Source of the DNA: Octopus vulgaris
Lineage: Eukaryota
Length of the DNA stretch: 64,000 nt
Direction: 5' to 3'
Assembly (NCBI GenBank): GCA_951406725.2
Contig: OX597820.1
Coordinates: forward strand, 17,298,001-17,362,000
Part shown: in pieces, positions 37,904 through 51,306 of the stretch
Position numbering within the stretch: the stretch's first letter is position 1
How the letters are laid out: each line of letters opens with the position of its first letter
Program-made: the position numbers and the translations under genes
The notes under the pieces: model-generated
Told to the model about the DNA's origin: nothing
The model's database searches: none
Seen by the model: the letters and a program-made list of their open reading frames with translations, nothing else

Positions 37904-38612
37904 AAGAGAGAGAGAGAGACAAACAGACAGACAGTGAAATAGATAAATAGATAGATAGACAGACAGACTATATTTCCTTTAAAATTATCTTCCTCCTCTT
38001 CAATTCTATTACTCATGCATCTTTTACACGGATTAATGAATAAAAGACTTCCCAAATTGCATCGAAGAGAAATGCCAATTATTATGACTCAAAGTCCGCC
38101 AATTTCTTTACTTATTTTCTTCATTCTTTTTTTTTCCCCAATTTCTGTATGTTATTATTAATTTTCTTTTACAACACTTCGTAGAAAATCTACTTTAAAA
38201 TTTCTCACAATTTCTGGCAAAGTGTTACACACGTTCTTTTCTGATATACAGTTATGCAACACTTACTCTTTTGAAAAACAGTTAAAAAAAATTGTTTGTA
38301 ATTGCTATCCTGTGTCCTTTACGTAGATAATCAAACAAGTATGAACGCAAGTCTTTTGGCATCACTGCAACGGGGGGAAGGGAAAAAAAACGGATATGGT
38401 GTACAAAAGTTAACGGTGCCAAGATCACAATCATAAATGTAAATTTTAAATCGAAAAAGGGGGGAAAAAAAAAGAAAGAGGGAGAGATAGAATCAAAGAA
38501 AGGACGCAGTAAAGAGCGGAGTAACGCACATTTGATCATTAGATACATTTTTGGATATCATTCCAAATCTAAGCGATGTGATATCTCAGATGGTTAAAAT
38601 ATGTTATCGAAA

Positions 38613-38645
38613 TGGTGGTGGTGGTGGTGGTGATGATGATAATGA

Positions 38646-38676
<31 letters not shown>

Positions 38677-38736
38677 AGCGATGATGATGATTATATCAAT
38701 AATAATAATTTGATGGCATGCACTGCTCTCTCACTC

Positions 38737-38774
<38 letters not shown>

Positions 38775-38787
38775 TGATGATGATGAA

Positions 38788-38819
<32 letters not shown>

Positions 38820-38989
38820 TGATGATGAAAATAATAATAATAATAATAACAATAATGATGATGATGATGAAAATAATAATAATAATAATAATAATAATGA
38901 TGATGATGATGAAAATAATAATAATAATAATAATAACAATGATGATGATGAAAATGATAATAAGAAGAATGATAGTAATGATAATAATA

Positions 38990-39023
<34 letters not shown>

Positions 39024-39040
39024 CAACTATAATAATAAAT
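38613..39040. repeat. Compound trinucleotide array (GGT)n/(GAT)n/(AAT)n with ~40-bp higher-order unit
   Basis: (AAT)n(GAT)3-4GAA repeated five times 38737-38952. Confidence 0.9.
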
Positions 39041-39365
39041 CGGAGATTGTGTGTATTTAGATGTCGGTTTTAACGTTAGAGTTTGTGCCTATTATGAACA
39101 AACGATGATTTTGTGTCGTTGTGTATATAATTAGTCGGGCGCATGCACAATCGCATCTATGTATACGCGCAAACACTCACAAATATATAAATACATTTAT
39201 ACATTTATTTACACACATAAATTTGCATTCACGAACAAGCACATGATATATATACATATATATATATATATATGAGTGAGAGAGCAGTGCATGCCATGAA
39301 ATTATTATTATTAATATCATCATCATCATCATCATCCCCATCATCAACATCATATATATATATAT

Positions 39366-39426
<61 letters not shown>

Positions 39427-39715
39427 TATATGTGTGTGTGTGTATATATACATGCATACGCATATACAAGCACGCACACACACATATATATATGGAGAGA
39501 AAGAAAGAGAGATACACATTCATATATACATACATATGCGCATTTATATTTTTATGTTTATGTGTGTGTATGTGTATTTATGTGTGTGTATGTGTGGGTG
39601 CGTGTGTTCGTGTGTTTGTGTGTGCATGCGTGTGTGTGCTTGAGTGTTACATCCCTTTAACACGCATATTAGAACCATATCGAGAACCGCTTCCAGCCTC
39701 TATATATTATATATA

Positions 39716-39779
<64 letters not shown>

Positions 39780-40249
39780 CGTGTGTTCGTGTGTCTGTGA
39801 GAGCATATTCGTGTTGATGTGTGTGGTAATGTACGTGCGTGCGATTAAGTGTTTTTGTATACGTATGCAAATGTGCGGTTAATTATATCATTTAACGCCG
39901 TTATTTGGGTGGATGGCGGCATAAGCTACATTTATATCCAATATCTATATCTACTTCATATCCACTGAGGATCTCGTGTATCTTTGGGGCCATTTCTCGG
40001 AAAGTATTGATTCTTTTAATCATATAGTTACCTGTAGTTACTTCTCTCTATTCCACCTCTCGCCGTTTTTCTCACTTTCCCTCTCTCTTTCTTCCTCTCT
40101 CTCTCTCTCGCTCTGTTTCTCGCTCTCTCTCACTCTCTCACTCCCTGTTTATATATATATATATATGTATGTATTATGTATTTATATATGCATGTATTAT
40201 GTAGATCGTATATGTATATGTGTACATATATCTTATGTATATTATACAC

Positions 40250-40325
<76 letters not shown>

Positions 40326-41288
40326 CATACATATATAAAGAGAGATGTATAAATATGTATATATATATATGTATATATATATATACATACATGTATATAT
40401 TAGATATATATGTAGAGAGATACATATGTATATATATATATATATGTCTGTATGTTTGTGTGTGTATATATACATACATATGTGTATATATACATATATA
40501 TGTATACATATATATATATTTTATATATATATACATAGGTATATATGTGTGTATATATATGTGCGTGTATGTGTGTGTGTGTACGTGCCTGAGTGTCTGT
40601 GTGCTTTCGTGTATCTATATTCACTTATGTTTGTTCATACGCTTATACACATGCGTAGGAAAACCACTACTTCCGGCAGACTAATTATACAAAATTTTCT
40701 CTGCTTTTCTAAGATGTTTTGTATATTTATATCCAATGATTTGTTTCTTCCAATCGACAAAAATCTCATTCAGCTTGATTTATTACAAATCATCTGTTAT
40801 TTCTATTAATGCGTTACTTAGCAACTCCAGGAACATATAGCAAGAATGTTCTCGAACATATGTCTTATCTAATCATCTTTAAATATATCGAAAATACCAA
40901 TTTTTCACTTTCCCTAAACTCTATCATATATCATAATTTAGACAATAATATCAGTTATTTCAAATTTCTGTAATTCTATCGTATTTATATTTCTAGTAAT
41001 TATGTTTAATAAGCTTACGACGAATATATTTTAATTTATATTTTCGTTATATTTTCCTCTCTATTTTCTCACGTTTCCATCCATTTTCCCCTTGATTTGA
41101 AGTTTGTTTATCATACATTTCCGCTTTCTAACTCATTTCTTTTACTCGTTCTTTCGAACCTGTTATTCTAAGATTTCTCTCGCTAATGATTAAAAATCAG
41201 GAAAGACTCACACACACACACACACACACAAACACATTATATAAAGGGAGAGAGAGAGAGAGAGAGAGAGTATGCATTTATAGAATAA

Positions 41289-41822
41289 CTAGCAGTATCG
41301 CCCGGCGTTGCTCGGGTTTGTAAGGGAAATAACTATATAAGCATTTTTAGAGAGTTATAGCAAAAAAAATGCATTAAAAATGGAATAAAAAATGATGATA
41401 ATTTTTTTTTTTAAATCGTTGACTCAGTGTCTTCAAGCCATGAAGTCGTTGTTCTAAAAGAACGCTGGTCTCCTTGACAACGCTTTACGACGTTGATTTC
41501 CTTACACTCCCTTTCCCACAGCTTCACGAGGGAGGGAAGAAGGGGGAGAAGCAAACAGGTGCAGGCGTGAGCGTGGACGCCAACTCCGCCGCCATCGACA
41601 CACGAAAAAATGTGCATTAAAATGGAATAAAAAATGATGTTAAATTATTTTTAAAATCATAGACTCATCGTAGAGGCGCGCTAATACTCAGACGGGCTCG
41701 ATATGAATCACGACTATAAGATACCCGAATTTGGTTAAACTGCACCGCAAAATGTGGGAGTAGTTAGGAATCTAAATCGAAGGGGACAGACACTCACACA
41801 ACTACAGTTTTATATATATAGA
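41289..41822 (-). mobile_element. Non-autonomous Helitron
   Basis: Minus 5' A|TCTATATATATAAAAC; 3' hairpin CCCGAGCAACGCCGGG then CGATACTGCTAG|T; inserted between A and T, no TSD. Confidence 0.88.
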
Positions 41823-41973
41823 TTACCAGACTTAAAACAATAAGTACCAGGTTCGATTCATTCGACTAAAAATTCTTCATTGCGGTGCCCCAGCATGGCC
41901 TCGGTCTAATAAATAAAACAAGTACGAGATAAAAAATATTGAAATATTTTGGTCAGCTTCATCACATTATACC

Positions 41974-42144
41974 TATTTCTTTACTACCCACAAGGGGCTA
42001 AACACAGAGGGGACAAACAAGGATAGACAAACGGATTAAGTCGATTACATCAACCCCAGTGCGTAACTGGTACTTAATTTATCGACTCTGAAAGGATGAA
42101 AGGCAAAGTCGACCTCGGCGGAATTTGAACTCAGAACGTAACGG
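41974..42144 (-). mobile_element. 5'-truncated SINE family B monomer with perfect 16-bp TSD
   Basis: TTCATCACATTATACC at 41958-41973 and 42145-42160. Confidence 0.92.
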
Positions 42145-42317
42145 TTCATCACATTATACCAGGGACTCAACAACATCAACATTGTCGAATAGTATAGGAA
42201 AATAAAATTTCACAGAAGGCGAATATATAACTTTGCGTCGCATAAGGCCGCTTACGGTCATTAAAAGAGTGTCGCGCATTATTTTCCGAGTGTTTAACAA
42301 GTTTCCCTTACAATCCT

Positions 42318-42633
42318 GATTCTGGGATGTCACAGGCTGTGACAACACCAACTACCAGCTCAAGCTCCGCTGCTCGTCAGGCTGAGAAGAACAAATTGTC
42401 ATGGTATCAGTCGCTCTCTGACAGGTTTAGTGTCGAACCTGTGGCAGTTGAAACCTCCGGCTTTCTTGGTCCCCAGATTCCTGCTCACTACTGTCGGGGT
42501 GGAGACTACAGTCTGCAAGTGTGAGCCCAGGGAGTCAGAGTGGCTGTTCCAGTGCATCTCCTTCGCTGTCCTCCGGGACAACGCCTTTTCCATTTTGTCG
42601 GTTGGTTCCATGAGAAATGCTTTTATGTTGTGA
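42318..42633 (+). pseudogene. C-terminal REL-endonuclease fragment of a CRE-clade non-LTR retrotransposon
   Basis: WDVT..SSAARQAEKNKLSWYQSL..EPVAVETSGFLGP / RESEWLFQCISFAVLRDNAFSIL matches AAxxAExxKxxKY..PxAVETxG..QRISxAxxRGNA. Confidence 0.75.
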
Positions 42634-43745
42634 AAAATCTGAGTTAATAAAGAAACCCTCTTCTGCCCGTTGCGTGGAATTTAACCGAGATTTTTTGCAT
42701 AAATATCGGCTCAAATCCAAGCCTTGTGAGTGAAATTGAATAGACTGTAAAACGAGTAGTAACTATAACTTAAAGGGTCGTCCAAGCTACAAACATGTCA
42801 CATTCATTCGGCCTGACAATTACATTACAAATAAATGTCTCCGTAGTTTGTCCAGTCATTTACATACTTAACCAGAAGACGGTGGATAGAACAGGTGAAT
42901 GCTCATCGTCGAAACTGACGGATGAATCCGCATCTACATTTAAACATCCCTAGTCTTTGAAATGGATGCATTTATACGCCTTTTTTCTAAATTTCTGACA
43001 GAACAGTATTATACTTGGTGCAATTTTGGTTACCATTAGTTACTTGTTGCAGTCATGACCTCGTTGATTCAAATATTGTTATTTCAGAACGGATTGTGTT
43101 TCTTTTTCATAAGACGCAAAGATCAGATTATAACAATCAACGCCATAACCCCTAAGCATTAACTAAATAAGTGAAAGGAATTGAAATCAGATCGTTGAAT
43201 TTCGATTCACCTTTCACCCTACAGCTGCAGGGCACAGAAAGAAACTATTTCCAAACGACTCCTCGATTACTTTGCGTTAATGATGGAAAGTACTAACTTT
43301 AAAATAAGTACTAATTCTTCTCTCATCCTTCATTTCGTTCGTTCATTACGACAAACATCACCAGAAGGTCTTTTACAAAAATAATATACACTAAAGCCAG
43401 GCTTAATCTCATTACCAAATATTTGGCTTTATTTTTGTTGTTGATTATTTTTATATTTTAATACGCCGAATCATTGCAGCACTACTTCTAAATAATATTT
43501 CTTCTTTGTTTTTGTTTTTTGTGTGTATATTTGTTTAACTTTCAGTTGTTTTCTTAATTATTATTTGTTGTTAATTTTAGTTTTGTTTTAGCTTTGCGTT
43601 CCATTTTGCCCCGCATTGCAAACAGAATCGAAATATCGACGAACAAAAATACAGAGAAACGCACACAACATACAAATACACGCTTAAGCACACATATACA
43701 CATATACACAGATATGCAAATATGTGTGTGTGTTTATAGCTATAC

Positions 43746-44258
43746 GTGGAGGCGCGTGGCTTAGTGATTAGGATGTCAGCACCATGCTCATAAGATTGTG
43801 GTTTCGATTCCTGGACCGGGCGACGCGTTCTGTTCTTGAGCAAAACACTTCATTTCACTTTGCTCCAGTCCACTCAGCTAGCAAAAATGAGTAACGCTGC
43901 AATGGACTGGCGTCCCGTCCAGCTGAGGAACACATACGCCATAGAAACCGGGGAACCGGGCCCATGAGCCTGGCTAGGCTTTAAAAGGGCGCATTTAGTG
44001 GAGGCGTGTGGCTTAGTGGTTAGGGTGTCAGCATCATGATCGTAAGATTGTGGTTTCGATTCCTGGACCGGGTGACGCGTTGTGTTCTTGAGCAAAACAC
44101 TTCATTTCACGTTGCTCCAGTCCACTCAGCTGGCAAAAGTAAGTAATCCTGCAAGAGACTGGCATCCCATCCAGCTGGGGAGAACACATACGCCACAGAA
44201 ACCAGGAAACTGGGCCCATGAGCCTGACTATGCTTTAAAAGGGAGCATTTATTTATTT
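43746..44258 (+). mobile_element. Head-to-tail dimer of tRNA-derived SINE family C (43746-43997, 43998-44258)
   Basis: GTGGAGGCGYGTGGCTTAGTG..GGTTTCGATTCC head; GTTCTTGAGCAAAACACTT and CTGCAATGGACTGGCGTCCCGTCCAG body; (TTTA)n tail. Confidence 0.9.
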
Positions 44259-44355
44259 TATTATAGTCTACTGATGGCCAGGTGCGAGTATCAGGGATCG
44301 AAATGGGGAAAAGAGAGAAAGGCAAGGGGAGTAGAAAATATTATGAAATGATAGA

Positions 44356-44403
<48 letters not shown>

Positions 44404-44406
<3 letters not shown>

Positions 44407-44639
44407 GGTGTTCAAAAAGTCTATCCGCAGTGAATTTCTTTCATCCTGCGCATCACCAAGTCTCTACTTCAAGAGTTTTTCGGTGAACAGATTACTTCGA
44501 AGGGACTTTGGCCACCAACATCACCTGATTGTAATACCGCCAGACATTTTTTTTTCTGGGGAGCAAGTGAAGGACCAGTGTACAAGAATCGCCCGAAAAA
44601 CCACTAAATTCTTACCGCGGAGACACTTTTTGAACACTG
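44404..44639 (+). mobile_element. Mariner/maT-like MITE retaining a transposase catalytic-motif remnant
   Basis: TA|CAGGGTGTTCAAAAAGT..ACTTTTTGAACACTG|TA; internal LWPPTSPDCN/PPDIFF..WG. Confidence 0.75.
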
Positions 44640-44747
44640 TATAAATAGATGCAAGGAGAGAAAGTGTGTGAGAGAGAGAGAAAGAAAGGGGGTGAAGAAG
44701 GAGAAAGATTTGGTAGATGAAAACTGGAAGAAGCCCGTCGTATATAC

Positions 44748-44785
<38 letters not shown>

Positions 44786-44959
44786 GTGCGTTTGTGTGTC
44801 CCATTCAAAAACATAAACATCACCAGCATTACGAATAAAGTCAGTACCACCATACCACTAGCAGTAGCCATCAACACCTACAAATCCACTACTAACAACC
44901 ACCAACATCGATACAACCAATACTACCATTTAACCAGAACACGACTACCATTATTGTCA

Positions 44960-45095
44960 ACACAACCAGCAGCAGCACCAGCACCACCACCGCCGCCGCC
45001 GCCGCCACCACCACCACTACCACCACCACCGCCACCACCACCGCCTCCGCCACCACCACCGCCTCCGCCACCACCACCGCCGCCGCCGCCACCAA
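44960..45095. repeat. GC-rich (CCA/CCG)n trinucleotide repeat
   Basis: Direct reading. Confidence 0.9.
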
Positions 45096-45595
45096 ACTAC
45101 TAACATCTAATCTGCCTCAAACGCAAGCATTCAAATTATCACCGTACCTTTGCAGGTGTTTCAATAAAACGCGATCCATATTTTCCTCGCGGCCATTTCT
45201 CATCTTTGATATTCCTTGCATATCTCTGTCTTTGGTGTACTAAGGCTATTTATTTCTAAATATTTTTTAATGGTGCTATAGCCTTGTCATTATTGTTTTT
45301 ATTATTATTATTATTATTATCACTGCTGTTACTGCTGCTGCTGCTGCTGCTGCTGTGACTACTACTGCTGCTGCTGTCATTGATGTGTTGATATTGTCTG
45401 TGTTGTTGCCGGATATTTTTGTTGTTGTTTATTTTGCATATTTCATGTTTATTTCGTTTTGCTTTCCTTTTTTGAAGATTCTACTTTCATCGCCATCGAT
45501 TTTACTCGGTGAGAATCGTGTTGTTATTGTTATCATTGTTTATGATGTTGATATTGTTGCTGTTGTTTTCTTGTCGATATTAATGCATGTTTCTA

Positions 45596-46432
45596 AGGCG
45601 GCAAGCAGGTAGAATCGTTAATACGCCGGACAGGAAGAATAATACTAAGCGACATTTCAACCGTCTTTATTTTCTGAGTTCAATTTCCGCTGAAATCGAC
45701 TTTGCCTTCTAAAATATAATACGTTCCAGTTGAACATTGGGGGTCGATGTAAACAAGTCCTACCACCTCCATGAAAATTTCCGGCCTTGTGTCAAAATTT
45801 GAAACCGACTTCAATGCATGATTTTAAGGCGTCGTGCTGACAGAATCGTTAGCACGCCGGGCGAAATGCGCAGTGGTATTTCGTCTGCCGCTACGTTCTG
45901 AGTTCAAATTCCGCCGAGGTCAACTTTGCCTTTCATCCTTTCGGGGTCGATTGAATAAGTACCAGTTACGCACTGAGGTTGATATAATTGACTTAATCCG
46001 TTTTTCTGTCCTCGTGTGTTCCCTCTGTGTTTAGCCCCTTGTGGGTAGTAAAGAAATAGGTATTTCACCTGTCCTTACGTTCTGAGTTCAAATTCCGCCG
46101 AGGTCGACTTTGCCTTTCATCCTTTCGGGGTCGATTAAATAAGTACCAGTTACGCACTGGGGTCGATATAATCGACTTAATCCGTTTGTCTGTCCTTGTT
46201 TGTTCCCTCTGTGTTTAGCCCCCTGTGGGCAGTAAAGAAACAAGAATTTTTAGCACGTCGGACAAAGAATACCTTTACGGTATTTCGACAGCCCTAACGT
46301 TTTGAGTTCAAATGTCGTCGAGGTTGAATTTGCTTTTCATCTTTTTAGTGTCGATAAAATAAATTACCAGTGTCGATAAAATGAAGTATCGACTAGCCCT
46401 CTCTCCTGAAATTTAAAGCCTTGTATCTTTAA
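45596..46432 (+). mobile_element. Cluster of SINE family B: diverged copy 45596-45810, young dimer 45827-46243, diverged copy 46244-46432
   Basis: Repeated TTCTGAGTTCAAAT..GCCTTTCATCCTTT motifs. Confidence 0.85.
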
Positions 46433-46715
46433 TAGATTGTAGCATTATTACTAAATGCATGATTTGTTGTCCTTTCAATAGAACCGTTGCCGTTTATAAT
46501 TTAGTTTCATTTGTTTTGTTTTACTGTAGTTTTATTCGAGTGGTCGCTGCTGTTCTCGCTTTCGTTTTTGTTGTCGTTTAACGCCAGGTCAGACAATTCC
46601 AGACTGAGCTATGGACAGAGATATACTAATCATTCCCATTCTATATATTTTAAACGCCGAATGTATAAGAACCTCATTGACAAACGTGTTTAATTTCGAG
46701 AGACACAATTTATAA

Positions 46716-46867
46716 GTTTCTCTCAGTTTCCATCAACCAAATTTATTTACAGATCATTGGTCGACCCGGGATTAGAGTAGAAAACTCTTGGCCAAGTTGT
46801 GGGGTAGTGGGATTGAACCTGACACAACGTGATTGCAATGCGATTTTCTTAATCTCGCAGCCATGCT
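46716..46867 (-). mobile_element. Old diverged SINE family A-like head
   Basis: CAGTTTCCATCAACCAAATT..GTGGGATTGAACC. Confidence 0.55.
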
Positions 46868-46995
46868 TCTCAACAATATCTGTGTGTTTATCTGTGTGCA
46901 TGTTTGTGTTACAACATTCCAGCTTGTTATGACATAGAAAAATATTTATTGATATGTACAGGCACATAATACGTAATATAGATGACAATATAACG

Positions 46996-47352
46996 ATGAA
47001 AAAAGGGCATCGGAGGGGCGATGCATACCCTTAGTGCACTCAAGGGTAAAATGAAATTTAATTTAATAAATATATTCTCAGATGAATTCATATTTCAACA
47101 AAATGACATCAAGTGTTATTTCCCCTGTTTATCGTTTATGCATATGTAACAAAAAAAAATTGATTCACCCGTCCGTCAGTTTTAAAGATAAACAAACCAA
47201 AATAATGAGTTCAAGCCACTCACCCAATGAGTATTTCTGCCAAATTTGGAGAAAATCCGTTCAGCCGTTTCCAGTAATTTTGCAAACACACAGACAAAGA
47301 CCAGCGAACATAAAACTCTGCTTTCTCTTACGTACGCAGGTTAGTAAGTAAC
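46996..47352. mobile_element. Probable Helentron-associated (DINE-1/HINE-like) non-autonomous element
   Basis: Terminal hairpin GCATCG..CGATGC beside an A-run; CAAATTTGGAGAAAATCCGTTCAGCCGTTTCC..CAAACACACAGACAAA block typical of such elements. Confidence 0.5.
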
Positions 47353-47812
47353 CAGTTTCAGAATGCCATTTCTTTTTCGAATATATACATCCAACATCGG
47401 TTTAATCGCAGACAATATTACTTCTAGTAATTTTCGCTTTTGGGTTTTTAGCCAGTTGTAGACATGCATATTCCTACATTAGATACGTATGAGTAATGTA
47501 CACTTGTATGTATATGGGTGCCTGTGTGTGTACGGATGTAAGCACCACTTGGTGTTTGCTTACCTTCTCTCGGTGTCAAATTATTTTCAATAAGTGAAAA
47601 ATTATCATTATTTAGTATATCCTTCTTCATCTTTGTGAGGCACATTAATGTCACTGGATGCTCTGAGTTAATTCTCTTAACTCAAAATTGTTAAATAATG
47701 CACATTACCATAAATTAGTTCTACTCTTTTATATGCATACAAGTATATATACATACATACACACACGTATATATAAATACATACATACATATATCTATAT
47801 ACATACATACAC

Positions 47813-47856
<44 letters not shown>

Positions 47857-47943
47857 CTACTCTTTTATATGCATACAAGTATATATATATACATACACAC
47901 ACGTATATATAAATACATAATACATATATCTATATACATACAT

Positions 47944-47990
<47 letters not shown>

Positions 47991-47991
<1 letters not shown>

Positions 47992-48328
47992 ACTCTTTAC
48001 TCTTTACCCTTTTACTTGTTTCAGTCATTTTCAGTCAGTTGAGCAAATCGACCCCAGGACTTATTCTTTGGAAACCTAGTACTTATTCTATCGGTATCTT
48101 TTGCCGAACCGCTAAGTTACGGGTACGTAAACACACCAGCATCGATTGTCAAGCGATGTTAGGGGAGGGGCAAACACAGACATAGAAACGATAGACTTCT
48201 TTCAGTTTCCGTTTACCAAATCCGAGGCTATAGTAGAAGACACTTGCTCAAAGTGCCACGCAATGGGACTGAATCCGGAACCATGTGGTTCGTAAGCAAA
48301 CTACTTACCACACAGCCACTCCTACGCC
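47991..48328 (-). mobile_element. SINE family A, internally deleted
   Basis: Reverse-complement match. Confidence 0.85.
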
Positions 48329-48413
48329 TATTACATATTCCATATATACATATATTTACATATTAGTTACCGTTATATTATACTATATTAAATTATATCA
48401 TATATACGCTTAC

Positions 48414-48450
<37 letters not shown>

Positions 48451-49219
48451 TGGTTATAGTTGGAGAGGACACACAGCATCCGATGCCGTCGTGCGGGCAA
48501 CGTGGTAACATGTGATGTATCCTGCTGTTATTTTGCAGAAGTTTAATGTATTTTCACGAGACATACTCGAACGTTACTCGAAGTCTTTTGAAATCAACAA
48601 CCAATTTCCTGTCTTCTTGAAAGACAGAATTTCCTGACTGTATATATTATGGCAACGTAATACTTTTTATAGTCGTAGATGCATTTTGTTTTTATTGTAT
48701 GCTTTAAGTAAAATGTTGGTTTTATTTTCAATATTTCAGATGTTTTACCTTCATTAGCACACATTTGAGGATGTACGTAAAAGAGCATTACAATTTGTGA
48801 ATCTATGTCTAAAAGCTGACAATACCAATTTGTGTAGCGGCTATGTTTTATAACTGTATTTATGGTGTCGACGGCGCTGCATATAAACGTCCTCAAATAT
48901 ATAATATTTGGCTGTACATGATGGCTCTTAAATAGCAGCAGTTAATAGACATTTAATAGTTATTTAGCTGTTGAGAAATGTTGCGAAATTACTAAGCATA
49001 TCTGTAATGATTTCTAAGCCATTTAGGATTGTAGCATTATTACTAAATGAAGAACACTCAGCTATAAATTAGTTCGACGAGATATCAAAGAGATCGCAAA
49101 ATAAAGATAAATGGTAAACCACCATAAACTATAGGATCAATAAACTTTCACTGAATAATATTTATCTTCTGTAAAGCAGACAAAATCAACACATACACCC
49201 ACAGCTATCAATATGAGAA

Positions 49220-49275
<56 letters not shown>

Positions 49276-49480
49276 ATATGTATGCAAATATCAATGATTA
49301 CTTGAAAGCTGACAATGACTCGACATCGTGTATATTGGTGAAAAATGGCAAACACTCATATATAAGGTCATTTTACTTACACCTTCAATAAAGTTATATA
49401 TAGCATCATATATAAAGCACACACAAAAACTTTAGATCAGAATTTAAATGTGATGTGATGTAAGAATCTATAATAATAAC

Positions 49481-49522
<42 letters not shown>

Positions 49523-49524
<2 letters not shown>

Positions 49525-50119
49525 GGAGGAATATATTCACAGACATGACAGAGTTGGAACCTACATACATTGGAAGCTATGCCAACATTATGGAATAACA
49601 ACAGAAAAAAGATGGTATAGGCACACACCAGAAAAGGTCACAGAAAACGAGAAAGCAACCATACTCTGGGATATGCCGATACACACAGATAGAGAAATTA
49701 AGGCCAACAGACCAGATATAGTTGTCAGAGATCATGAAGAAAAAAATGCTTTCTAATTGATGTATCAATACCGACAGATGACAACGTGTCTCTAAAAGAA
49801 ATGGAGAAACTCTCAAAATACAAAGACCTGGAAATAGAGGTAACTAGAATGTGGAATCTGAAAACAGAAACAATTCCTATCATAGTAGGTGCATTAGGCA
49901 TGATAAAAAAATATTCAGACAAATACATAACAAAAACACCAGGACTTACAAACACATATAACATACAGAAAATTGCACTACTAGGCACTGCACACATCCT
50001 ACGCAGAACACTTTCCATACAATAACCATCAGAGCATCACAACAAATCACAGCACATACCCAAGGCACACAGAGCTGCGCTCGGTAGTGAAGTGAAAGCA
50101 CGCTATAAAAATAAAACTA

Positions 50120-50122
<3 letters not shown>
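49523..50122 (+). mobile_element. 5'-truncated R4/Dong-clade non-LTR retrotransposon in a (TAA)n tract
   Basis: YIHRHDRV..ILWDMPIHTDREIKANRPDIVV..LIDVSIP..KLSKYKDL..IPIIVGALG..QKIALLGTAHILRR* (stop 50025); one frameshift in the A-run near 49745; (TAA)n both sides. Confidence 0.92.
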
Positions 50123-50184
<62 letters not shown>

Positions 50185-50185
<1 letters not shown>

Positions 50186-50307
50186 GATTGATGTCTTGCA
50201 AAAAGCAGCTTTGGGCACAGCGCACATCTTAAGGAAAGGATTATCTCTCTGAGGTCCTTGTTGTGATGACTAAAGACTGCATTTTTACCTGCACTGTGTT
50301 GTGAAGG
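50185..50307 (+). mobile_element. Short 3' end of a second R4/Dong subfamily
   Basis: LQKAALGTAHILRKGLSL* plus short UTR and (TAA)n. Confidence 0.75.
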
Positions 50308-50697
50308 AATAATAATAATAATGATGATGATGATAATTATCTTATGATAATTCTGCTTGTCATTGCGTTATGTAGCACGTCAGTAACGCTTTCACGTGGT
50401 TAGAGAAAAAGAGGGAGAGAGAAAAAGAGGGAATGAGAAAAAGAGGAGAGAGAAGCGTCCCTGACATGAGGTAAGGGGAATGTAATTGTAAAGCTTTTAC
50501 GGGATTAGTTGGAGAGAAAGAAAGGAGAAAGGAAAAGGAAATAGAAAAAGAGAATAAGGTGAAGAGTAACACAGAAAGTGGGAGAAAGAAATAGAGAGAT
50601 AGAAAAAAAGACGGAGAGAGAAAAAGAGAGAAGCGTCCATGATGTGAGGTAGGGGCAGCGTAGTAATTTTATCAGATGGTGAGATTTAAAAAAGGCC

Positions 50698-50729
<32 letters not shown>

Positions 50730-51224
50730 AGAGAGAGAGAGACTGAGAGAGGGTTGTGGTGAGGGGGTGTTGGTGATGGTGGTGGTTGTGGCGATTGGAT
50801 AGTGAAAAGTGTATTTTATAAAATTCAACCAAGTTTTTTATATCACCTATCACTTAACCGATGCATATAAGTGCCATTTCTTGAAATATTCGCGCTTATT
50901 TACGTGGTAAATATATGCAATTTAACTAAATGTTGTACCATATGTACGAGATTTTTTTTGTTCTTTATGGGGAAAATGGAAAAATAAGTGTGAATATTTA
51001 TTTTATGAGTTCTGCGTATTAAGTCTATAAAATTGTGCATAAAATATATAAAGTGCATTAAGTAATCATCGTATTCCAATTTCTTTCACTTTTAAATGCT
51101 ACGCAGCAGACGAGCGACAATCTTTTCATACAGAAACAACACAGGCTACGCAGTTAGGCTTTTTGGATACATTTTTACAGAAATAGCCCAATAAGTTTAC
51201 CATTATTATTATTACCATTATTAC

Positions 51225-51285
<61 letters not shown>

Positions 51286-51306
51286 GTTGTTGTTGTTGTT
51301 GCTGTT

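Noticed and set aside
38551-39060. 169-aa poly-N/D/G ORF
   Set aside because: Trinucleotide microsatellite open in several frames on both strands
44717-45103. Poly-proline ORF resembling a formin FH1 region
   Set aside because: Begins inside a SINE fragment and (TG)n; no flanking domain or supported splice context
47717-47950. ~136-bp tandem duplication
   Set aside because: Ordinary slippage duplication within microsatellite
50445-50670. Two imperfect direct repeats GAGAGAAGCGTCC..TGAGGTA in a purine tract
   Set aside because: Only two diverged copies in low-complexity sequence; no function inferable
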